This document shows, piece after piece, positions 19,256 through 27,804 of a DNA stretch of 64,000 nt. Location of the stretch: contig CAXXLX010000001.1 of NCBI GenBank assembly GCA_963665235.2, positions 3,488,001-3,552,000 of the forward strand. The letters are read 5' to 3'. Origin of the DNA: Candidatus Poribacteria bacterium (GTDB taxonomy: Bacteria; Poribacteria; WGA-4E; WGA-3G). Under the pieces are notes generated by a model. It did not search any database and had not been told where the DNA came from. It saw only the letters and a program-made list of their open reading frames with translations. Position 1 is the stretch's first letter, and the number at the start of each line of letters is the position of its first letter. The position numbers and the translations under genes were made by a program.

Positions 19256-20839
19256 ATGAAAAACAGTGATGTTCAACTGATAGAACGCGTCCTCTCAGGC
19301 GATGAAACGGCGTTTACCGAATTGGTGGAAAAATATCAGAAACCGGTGCACACGCTCGCCTGGCGGAAAATAGGTGATTTTCATATCGCTGAAGAGATTA
19401 CGCAGGATACTTTTCTCAAGGTGTATCAAAAACTACATACCTTGAAAGACCCGCACCGGTTTGCGGGCTGGCTGTATGTCATCGCAACCCGCAGATGCCT
19501 CGCCTGGCAACGCAGAAAACGGATACAGACACAACCGTTGGCAGATGCCGAGACAACCCCGATTAAGCGAGATGCTTATTCCCAACATATTGTGGAACAA
19601 CGCGCGGAGACAACTGCCGAGGTGCAGCGCGAAGTTGTGAAAAAGCTGCTGGTAAAACTCCCGGAGAGTGAGCGCACAGTCCTTATGCTCCGTTACTTCA
19701 GCGAGATGTCTAGTGCAGAAATCGGGGAGTTCTTAGGCGTATCCGCAAATACGATTAGAAGCCGGCTCCGCAGGGCACAGCAACGTTTACAAAAAGAGGA
19801 GACAATGATTAGAGAGGCACTCGACCATTTCCAAATTTCACCGACCCTCACCGATACCATAATGCGGGAGGTTGCACGCCTGAAACCGGGGGCACCTTCT
19901 GGGAGTAAACCCCTTGTGCCGTGGGCGATTGCTGCTGCAAGTGCTATTTTGCTTGTGTTGATGCTTGGGATAGACAACCAATATTTAGCGCGTTTTCAGC
20001 AACCCTATAGTTTAGATGCGCAATCCGAAAGAGTAATTGAACTTGTTGACGCGCCTATTGCCCAAAATGTTAAGGCAAAACCGGACGTACGAAACCAACC
20101 GGGGAAACTTTCTGATACAGATGATAGAAATAATGGTGATGGAGAAAAAGCGAATCAGGTTTTAGGTGATGAAGGGGGCTATACTCGGTGGAATTTACCG
20201 GTAGATGCGAAACGGAGGCTAGGGAAAGGGGTATTGAACAATATGCAATTATCACCTGATGGCACACGTCTGGCTGTAGCAAGTTCAATTGGGATATGGC
20301 TCTATGATGCAGACAGTGGAAAAGAACTGGCCCTGTTAACAGGGCATACGGCCGAGGTCTTGAGCGTGGCGTTCAGTCCAGATGGAAAAACACTCGCAAG
20401 TGGGAGTTTCGATTCTACTATTCGTTTATGGGATGTGCAGACAGGAGAACTCCTCAAAACCCTTATAGAACATACAAATGTTGTCTTTAGCCTGGCTTTC
20501 AACCCGGATGGCAAAACACTTGCAAGTGGGAGTCATGATGGTCTCATCCACCTGTCGGATGTGCAGACAGGTCGGATCCTTAAAACCACAGAACATACAG
20601 ATTGGGTTATGAGTGTGGCATTCAGTCCAGATGGAAAGACACTCGCAAGTGGGAGTAAGGATAGCACCATTCAACTATGGGATACAGAGACAAATAGAGT
20701 CCAACAAATTTCCGTGGGTCATACGAGCTGGGTTACAAGCGTGGCGTTCAGTCCAGATGGAAAAACGCTCGTAAGCGGGAGTAGAGATGGCACGCTACTG
20801 TTATGGGAAATTACGCTTGACGCAACCCAACTTAAGTAA
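19256..20839 (+). CDS. ECF sigma-70 factor fused to TM helix and a single WD40 propeller
   Basis: Sigma domains; GHT...SVAFSPDGKTLASGS...LWD repeats; GGAGG RBS. Confidence 0.92.
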   Translation: MKNSDVQLIERVLSGDETAFTELVEKYQKPVHTLAWRKIGDFHIAEEITQDTFLKVYQKLHTLKDPHRFAGWLYVIATRRCLAWQRRKRIQTQPLADAETTPIKRDAYSQHIVEQRAETTAEVQREVVKKLLVKLPESERTVLMLRYFSEMSSAEIGEFLGVSANTIRSRLRRAQQRLQKEETMIREALDHFQISPTLTDTIMREVARLKPGAPSGSKPLVPWAIAAASAILLVLMLGIDNQYLARFQQPYSLDAQSERVIELVDAPIAQNVKAKPDVRNQPGKLSDTDDRNNGDGEKANQVLGDEGGYTRWNLPVDAKRRLGKGVLNNMQLSPDGTRLAVASSIGIWLYDADSGKELALLTGHTAEVLSVAFSPDGKTLASGSFDSTIRLWDVQTGELLKTLIEHTNVVFSLAFNPDGKTLASGSHDGLIHLSDVQTGRILKTTEHTDWVMSVAFSPDGKTLASGSKDSTIQLWDTETNRVQQISVGHTSWVTSVAFSPDGKTLVSGSRDGTLLLWEITLDATQLK

Positions 20840-20868
20840 AGGAGAATTATTCTAGAACGATAATCTAA

Positions 20869-21625
20869 TACCATTTCTAATTGAAAATGTCTCTTGATTG
20901 TAGCATAAACTTCCAGTTTGTGCGCTTTATCGTAGCATAAACTTCCAGTTTGTGCGCTTTATCGTAGCATAAACTTCCAGTTTGTGCTTTATCGTAGCAT
21001 AAACTTCCAGTTTGTGCGCTTTATCGTAGCATAAACTTCCAGTTTGTGCTTTATTGTAGCATAAACTTCCAGTTTGTGCTTTATTGTAGCATAAACTTCC
21101 AGTTTGTGCGCTTTATCGTAGCATAAACTTTTAGTTTGTGCGCTTTATCGTAGCATAAACTTTTAGTTTGTGCGCTTTATCGTAGCATAAACTTTTAGTT
21201 TGTGCGCTTTATCGTAGCATAAACTTTTAGTTTGTGCGCTTTATCGTAGCATAAACTTTTAGTTTGTGCGCTTTATCGTAGCATAAACTTTTAGTTTGTG
21301 CGCTTTATCGTAGCATAAACTTTTAGTTTGTGCGCTTTATCGTAGCATAAACTTTTAGTTTGTGCGCTTTATCGTAGCATAAACTTCCAGTTATCGTGCT
21401 TTTAGTTTGTGCGCTTTATCGTAGCATAAACTTTTAGTTTGTGCGCTTTATTAGCATAAACTTTTAGTTTGTGCTTTATTGTAGCATAAACTTCCAGTTT
21501 GTGCTTTATTGTAGCATAAACTTCCAGTTTGTGCTTTATTGTAGCATAAACTTCCAGTTTGGGTCCTCCGTTCTCCGTTTCATTTCTAACAACCGGTAAT
21601 GATAGAATAATTAATAAAAATGGTA
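20869..21625. mobile_element. MITE family A (TIR TACCATTT) with ~21 tandem GTAG-REP units
   Basis: Ends shared with 50700, 53971 and 59208 elements; 30-32-nt unit GTAGCATAAACTTCCAGTTTGTGC(GC)TTTATY; flanks TAA/TTA do not match. Confidence 0.9.
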
Positions 21626-22147
21626 TTAGATATCGGCTGCTATACCGCGTCGATGTCCCGCAAAGTGGCGGGTGCCGCTGCGAATAAACTGTTTTTGAAT
21701 CCGATTTCGGTAAAAGCAAACGGAAAAATCGGGCCTACGGGGGTAGACCACATCGCTGCGGCAACGCTCAAATTTGAGAACGACATCGTTGCAGAAATAA
21801 GCACCGCCGTGGAATGTAATATCGGAAGTGGTGTCACTATCTTCGGGTCTGGCGGGACTATCACGATGCCATCGCCGTGGGTGCCATCTTCGCGTTGCAG
21901 AGGGGCGCGGACTCCCCTGCCGTTAGATGCGACTTTTCCGCCGAACCAGATTGTACTTCACTCCTATCAACGGGGAGAATCCTCCGAGATAACCGTTGAA
22001 GTGGACCGTGACCTTTTCACTTACGAAGCCGATATGGTCGCCAATCATATTGCTGACCGACAAGCCCCGGCTATGTCCTGGGATGATACGTTGGGGAATA
22101 TGCAGCTGTTAGACGCTTGGCGTGAAGAGATAGGCGTTGTTTATTGA
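21626..22147 (+). pseudogene. C-terminal half of a Gfo/Idh/MocA oxidoreductase, truncated by the MITE
   Basis: Begins at LDIGCY motif right at the MITE end; NAD-binding N-terminal half absent. Confidence 0.75.
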
Positions 22148-22172
22148 CGTTAAGGAAGAAGATGAGAAGCAC

Positions 22173-22365
22173 TATGTTAGCAATCTGTTACGACTCATAT
22201 TCTGGAACATTAGGCAAATTTAGTCGTGCCGAGATTTTTGAACTTGTCGCCGAAGCAGGTTACGAAGGTATTAACATTCCCGTGAATTCCGCTTTTCTTG
22301 GTGACCTTTTTCGCAAGGGGCTTAAAGGCGATAGGTTTTTCGGGCCCGCTTGTCGTTCAATATAG
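22173..22365 (+). pseudogene. truncated sugar-phosphate isomerase/epimerase N-terminus
   Basis: IFELVAEAGYEGINI pattern; similarity lost at a short palindrome near 22305. Confidence 0.5.
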
Positions 22366-22532
22366 GATGGAAGATGTGGCGAGTATAAAACGGAGTTGTG
22401 AATTTACGCGGAAGTTTCGAGAGATGATACAGATGTAACCGTGCTATACATCAAGAGGAGACATTACCAAATACAATCCCCTTTTATCCTATAAATCCTG
22501 GTTCAAACAATGAACAAACAAAGGAGCATTTT

Positions 22533-23630
22533 ATGAAAAAATATTTTCATCTATTATCAATAGTTATGCTTGTCAGCTGTCTTGCGATTGCCTTCAGTGG
22601 TTGTGGTGAGACAGAAGGAACGGTGTCGTTTACCAAAGCAATTCCTGCAGATGGCAGCACTATCCAAACAGATACGGAGATTATCGTTACTTTTGATGGC
22701 ACCCCCACAGGACTGAAAGCGAATAACGGTAATTTATCCCTCTCTGGTGTAAAGGCGACAATAAAAGGTCCTTTTACTACAGGCACGTTGGAGCTTGTCC
22801 TCACGTGGGATGATGGTACTACTTCACTTACCTACACTGTTGCAGCATCCGAACCCGAGGAACCTGATATTCCGCCACCCCCCGAGGGTATGGTCCTCAT
22901 CCCTGCCGGTGAATTTCGGATGGGAGGGAGTGAGCACAATGAGAAACCTGTCCATTCTGTCTATGTAGATGCGTTTTACATGGATAAGTACGAGATCACC
23001 AACGCACAATATGCTGAGTTTCTCAATGCTAAAGGTAAACATGCTGAGGGGGATATCACTTGGTCTCTTGGTGAGCCTCCTTCTCGAATTGAGTTCGTAT
23101 CCGATAAGTATCGTGCGAAAGCAGGGTATGGGAATCACCCTGTGACATACGTGAGTTGGTATGGTGCGATGGCTTACGCGGAGTGGGCGGAGAAACGGCT
23201 GCCGACAGAAGCGGAGTGGGAGAAGGCTGCACGTGGTGGTTTGATCGGTCTAACCTACCCGTGGGGCAACACCATAGATTCTACTAACGCGAACTACAAT
23301 AGGCATATTGACGATACCACGGCAGTCGGTAAATATACTGCCAATGGGTACGGTTTATTCGATATGGCGGGTAACGTTTGGGAGTGGTGCTTGGATGAGT
23401 ATAACGCCAATTTCTATTCGGTTTCTCCTGCTCGGAATCCGTTGTCGGGTGCGAATAGTATCGAAGAATTAATAAATAATTATCAAAATGTGAAAAACCC
23501 CCGCGTTTTGCGTAGTGGCTCCTGGTTCGATACGGAGCAAGTCGTGCGGAGTGCCTTTCGCTACGGCCTTACGCCTACGTACTTGCACTTCCCCAACGGT
23601 TTTCGTTGTGTGAGGGCTGTAACGCCTTAA
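22533..23630 (+). CDS. lipoprotein with FGE-sulfatase (SUMF1/C-lectin-fold) domain
   Basis: Lipobox FSGC; MVLIPAGEFxMG, RLPTEAEWEKAARG, NGYGLFDMAGNVWEW, GFRC. Confidence 0.93.
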   Translation: MKKYFHLLSIVMLVSCLAIAFSGCGETEGTVSFTKAIPADGSTIQTDTEIIVTFDGTPTGLKANNGNLSLSGVKATIKGPFTTGTLELVLTWDDGTTSLTYTVAASEPEEPDIPPPPEGMVLIPAGEFRMGGSEHNEKPVHSVYVDAFYMDKYEITNAQYAEFLNAKGKHAEGDITWSLGEPPSRIEFVSDKYRAKAGYGNHPVTYVSWYGAMAYAEWAEKRLPTEAEWEKAARGGLIGLTYPWGNTIDSTNANYNRHIDDTTAVGKYTANGYGLFDMAGNVWEWCLDEYNANFYSVSPARNPLSGANSIEELINNYQNVKNPRVLRSGSWFDTEQVVRSAFRYGLTPTYLHFPNGFRCVRAVTP

Positions 23631-23701
23631 ATGTTTACTTCTTAACCTCTTATGTCTCCAATCTGCTAAAGCAGTTGTTGGTTTAAGGGTGTTTTTGTTT
23701 A

Positions 23702-23732
23702 TAGGCGGGGTTTTGGTGCCTCGCCTTTTTTT
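23702..23732 (+). terminator. probable Rho-independent terminator
   Basis: AGGCGGGG...CCTCGCCT stem followed by a T-run. Confidence 0.6.
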
Positions 23733-24074
23733 ATGCTGCTGGTGGAGGGGCCATGCCTGACCTGTTTGGAAAAAATGGAAATTGCCAACTCCAAAACGAC
23801 TTATGGCGTTCTATAAACATATCGCCCCGCTGGGGCTGCGGTTTTGCCTGAAAAGCGGGCTGCTCCCCCAAATACTGTGCCTATTTTCTACAAGTTGTCC
23901 TTGTGTGAGAAACAGTGAGAAAAATGGGAAATGCTTTGGAAATCTGGCATCAGTCTCACAGATAGTGTCCAAACTATAGTATAAAATTAGCAGATTTTGT
24001 CGGGCAGTGTTAATGCTGCTCTTCCTACCTCTATGCTCTTTTTCCTCCAAAAATTTCTGTTTTTTGCAGAATTA

Positions 24075-24690
24075 ACCCAAGTTGCTACTTATAAGTTTTT
24101 AGACCTGGAAACACCGTCTTTAATGAAAATATGCTGATAATTAGGTAATATTTGTAGCGTCCACTTTTAGTTTGCACACAAATATGCACAATCTGGAAGA
24201 TTATGCTACTATGTGCACAATCTGGAAGATTATGCTACTATGTGCACAATCCGGAAGATTATGCTACTATGTGCACAATCCGGAAGATTATGCTACTATG
24301 TGCACAATCCGGAAGATTATGCTACTATGTGCACAATCTGGAAGATTATGCTACTATGTGCACAATCCGGAAGATTATGCTACTATGTGCACAATCCGGA
24401 AGATTATGCTACTATGTGCACAATCCGGAAGATTATGCTACTATGTGCACAATCCGGAAGATTATGCTACTATGTGCACAATCCGGAAGATTATGCTACT
24501 ATGTGCACAATCTGGAAGATTATGCTACTATGTGCACAATCCGGAAGATTATGCTACTATGTGCACAATCTGGAAGATTATGCTACTATGTGCACAATCC
24601 GGAAGATTATGCTACTATGTGCACAATCCGGAAGATTATGCTACTATGTGCACAATCCGGAAGATTATGCTACTATGTGGCAACTTAGGT
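24075..24690. mobile_element. MITE family B (IS982-like ACCC end) with 17 tandem 29-nt REP units
   Basis: TIR ACCCAAGTTGC/GCAACTTAGGT; 7-bp TSD AGAATTA; unit GCACAATCYGGAAGATTATGCTACTATGT. Confidence 0.9.
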
Positions 24691-24692
24691 AG

Positions 24693-24729
24693 AATTATGA
24701 GACTTTTTTACTTGAAGTAGCGTCACTAT
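24693..24729 (+). promoter_or_regulatory. putative ECF-type promoter motif (divergent)
   Basis: AATTATGAGAC...TTTT...GCGTCACTA. Confidence 0.5.
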
Positions 24730-24772
24730 ATGTTGATGCGAAATGATAAATTCCCTTTTTCGGAGGTATCCG

Positions 24773-27700
24773 ATGAAAAATGTTGATGCTGACCTGATTC
24801 AACGTGTCCTGGATGGGGACGATACTGCGTTTTCTGTGCTTGTCCAAAAATATCAGAAGTCTGTTCACGCGCTGGCGTGGCGGAAGATTGGAGATTTCCA
24901 CATCGCTGAGGACATCACACAGGAAACATTCCTAAAGGCATATCAGAACCTTTCAACACTGAAAGAATCACAGTCTTTTGCGAGTTGGCTTTATGTGATA
25001 GCAGCGAACCACTGCAACTCGTGGCTTCGTAAGAAACGTTTGCGTACGCAGTCGTTGGAAGAGACAAGCAGTGCGGAGTTGGAAAAAGCAACGTATTCCA
25101 GCTATATAATTGCAGAAAACGAACGTGCATCGGCAGAAGCACAACGTGAAGTTGTCAAGAGGTTGCTTGCGAAGTTATCAGAGAGTGACCGCACGGTCAT
25201 CACGCTTTACTACCTCGGGGGAATGACGTATGAAGAGATAAGTAAGTTTTTAGGAGTATCGGTAAGTTCGATTAAGAATCGGCTTTACCGTGCACGCCAG
25301 CAGTTAAAAAAGGAGGAACCCATGATTAGAGAGGCTTTAGAGAATTTCCAAATTTCACCGGCCCTCACCGATACGATAATGGGGGAGGTGGCACGCCTGA
25401 AACCTGCTGCGCCTTCCGGGAGTAAACCACTTGTGCCGTGGGCGATTGCTGCTGCAAGTGCCGTTTTGCTTGTGTTCATGCTTGGTATAGGCAGCCAACA
25501 TCTATCGCGCTTCCAGCGACCTTATAGTTTGAACGCGCAGGCTGATATGACTGTAGACATTATCGAGGCACCCGTTGTGCTAAACCTTGAAGTGAAACCG
25601 GATGTTCGGCATCAGTTTGGAAATCCGAATGCACTTGGTGAAAGCGATAACAGTGGTCAGAAACCTGATGACGTTTTATTGCCTGCCGCGCAGGCGGATG
25701 GAGAAGACGTTTCAGTTCCCAAACAGCAGTGGATTCAGGCTGAACCTATCAAAGGCAGCCCAGTCATGAGTATCATGGGAACACCTGAAGGCGATGTATA
25801 CGCCCTTGGTGAGGAACTAAGTTTCTATAAATTACCTGCCGATGGAAAGCAGTGGCAACATATCTCTGACCTGGGTCCCCTGGATACTTGGTGGACAACA
25901 AACCCGCCTATTGCAAAGTGGAAAAATACCCTTTACATGGTACCATCTAACGAACTCTATGCTTCAATGGATGATGGGAAGACCTGGGATGTAGTCCACT
26001 TTTGGCCGGAAGAAGAATATTGGAATCCGATTGAATTGGTGCTAACAGAGGATGTGTTTTATGTTGCTTTTACAAGCGGGATTTTGCGTTCTGAGGATGA
26101 AGGTAAAACATGGAGCGCAATGAATAAAGAATTGGGAAGAATTAGCTCCTTAGCCAAGATTCAGCATGTTCTTTTTACTGCAACAGACACTGGACTCTAC
26201 CGCTTCAATCCAGCTCTTGAGATTTGGGAACGCTTAGAGTTTCCTACCCCTACAATAGGGAAGATTCTTTCAGTCACAGCGGCCGAAGGTAAGTTGTATG
26301 TTGCGGCAGAGTTTAATTGGGATGGACCGGTAGAGCCTCGTAAAATAGAACAGGGACTGGAACGGGGTTGGTGGATATTCCGCTCAACTGACCTTGGAGA
26401 CTCCTGGGTAGATATAACGCCGACACATGCTTGGCCCGTAAAGGGGTGGCCACCCGAAATCAAACTTATTGCTGTAGGTGAAACACTCCTGGCGATGGAA
26501 AATGGTATGATTCGTTCTACTGATGGGGGAGATACATGGATGCCTCCACAGACACCCGGCACCTCCCCTTCAACGCTTAATTGGTCGCCTGTTGTGGTGT
26601 TAAACGAGCGGACTTTTTATGTACGTAGCCGAAACGGTCTCCATCTTTCTACTGATGGAGGCAAATCATGGGACAAGGTAAATATACCCGGGGAGAAGCC
26701 GGAGCCAATAGACAATTTAATCGTCCATCACGGAGGGGATAAAGAGCAAAAAACGCCTTCGACCCTCTACGCGACATTTGGGACGATATTTGGGACGACA
26801 TTTGGACTTGGACAGGGAGAAATTGCAGAAACGACCGACAAGGGCAAATCTTGGAAAACTATTCAGATGGATATACCAATGGGAACACCTAAAAGAGCAG
26901 CACAACCAGGTATTAGTCAGATAGCCAAATCTGGTAGTGTCCTTTATGCCAAAGGTAAAATTCCAGGTAACATAAATAACGGTTTCTATCGTGTATCTGA
27001 TGACAATAGGCTTGTACCGCTTCAAGAAATACCTATCTTTGACACAAGGTCATTAAAAAATCAGTTGCTATTTATGGAAAATCTTTCTCTTGAACAGTGG
27101 CAGGAACATTTTTCTGGCGCAACCCAATTCTTCAAACAGTTAGCACAAGGAGATGTTCAGCAAGATAGAGTACGTCTCGAAAAACTTATCCGTCTGGGGT
27201 TTCGAGGGCCTTTTGCTGTTAGTGATGGGACATTCTATGTGGAATATCGTTTTAAACTCTTCCGATGGAAGCCGGGTGAGACAGAATGGTACGACACCGG
27301 ACAGGAAGAAACTGTTGAATTGACTCCGTACATAATAAGGCAAGAGCTTAAACTTGCCGCTTCAGGGGACACTGTCTACGTTGGAAAACGGGATGGACAT
27401 CTCGTCGTATCGTTTGATAGGGGAACCAATTGGATGCGTCTTACGTCAGCACTGCCGTTTTCATTTCGAACTTTCAAAGAGATTGTATTTGCAGGGGGCA
27501 CGGTGTATGTAGCGACAGACACGGGAGTTGCTACATCAAAGGATGGAAAGAATTGGCATCCCGTCACTGATGCACAGGGCAGAAATCTCGGCATGGAGCA
27601 TTTGGCTGTTGATGGTGAAACGGTTTATGGCGCACCGGTGAGGACAGGTGTCTATCGTTTAGAAAACGACATTTGGGAACAGGTCGTTTCAGAGATTCCT

Positions 27701-27790
27701 GATGACGTGACTTCTCTTGCTGTTGATGGGGACACGTTATATGTAGGCACAAGAAAAAGCGGTATGCTTCATTTTAACCTTGAAAAATAA
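24773..27790 (+). CDS. ECF sigma-70 factor fused to TM helix and BNR/Asp-box beta-propellers
   Basis: Sigma domains; repeated SxDxGxTW Asp-boxes; GGAGG RBS. Confidence 0.9.
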   Translation: MKNVDADLIQRVLDGDDTAFSVLVQKYQKSVHALAWRKIGDFHIAEDITQETFLKAYQNLSTLKESQSFASWLYVIAANHCNSWLRKKRLRTQSLEETSSAELEKATYSSYIIAENERASAEAQREVVKRLLAKLSESDRTVITLYYLGGMTYEEISKFLGVSVSSIKNRLYRARQQLKKEEPMIREALENFQISPALTDTIMGEVARLKPAAPSGSKPLVPWAIAAASAVLLVFMLGIGSQHLSRFQRPYSLNAQADMTVDIIEAPVVLNLEVKPDVRHQFGNPNALGESDNSGQKPDDVLLPAAQADGEDVSVPKQQWIQAEPIKGSPVMSIMGTPEGDVYALGEELSFYKLPADGKQWQHISDLGPLDTWWTTNPPIAKWKNTLYMVPSNELYASMDDGKTWDVVHFWPEEEYWNPIELVLTEDVFYVAFTSGILRSEDEGKTWSAMNKELGRISSLAKIQHVLFTATDTGLYRFNPALEIWERLEFPTPTIGKILSVTAAEGKLYVAAEFNWDGPVEPRKIEQGLERGWWIFRSTDLGDSWVDITPTHAWPVKGWPPEIKLIAVGETLLAMENGMIRSTDGGDTWMPPQTPGTSPSTLNWSPVVVLNERTFYVRSRNGLHLSTDGGKSWDKVNIPGEKPEPIDNLIVHHGGDKEQKTPSTLYATFGTIFGTTFGLGQGEIAETTDKGKSWKTIQMDIPMGTPKRAAQPGISQIAKSGSVLYAKGKIPGNINNGFYRVSDDNRLVPLQEIPIFDTRSLKNQLLFMENLSLEQWQEHFSGATQFFKQLAQGDVQQDRVRLEKLIRLGFRGPFAVSDGTFYVEYRFKLFRWKPGETEWYDTGQEETVELTPYIIRQELKLAASGDTVYVGKRDGHLVVSFDRGTNWMRLTSALPFSFRTFKEIVFAGGTVYVATDTGVATSKDGKNWHPVTDAQGRNLGMEHLAVDGETVYGAPVRTGVYRLENDIWEQVVSEIPDDVTSLAVDGDTLYVGTRKSGMLHFNLEK

Positions 27791-27804
27791 TATATCTCGA
27801 TTGT

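Noticed and set aside
20900-21560. CRISPR array (also 24184-24676, 46088-46315, 50765-51110)
   Set aside because: Units are 29-33 nt with only short, near-identical linkers; no unique spacers and no cas genes; bounded by TIRs and TSDs
24172-24720. Repeat-protein ORFs in three frames (also 21402, 46048-46365, 60300-60610)
   Set aside because: Artefacts of stop-free tandem repeats inside MITEs
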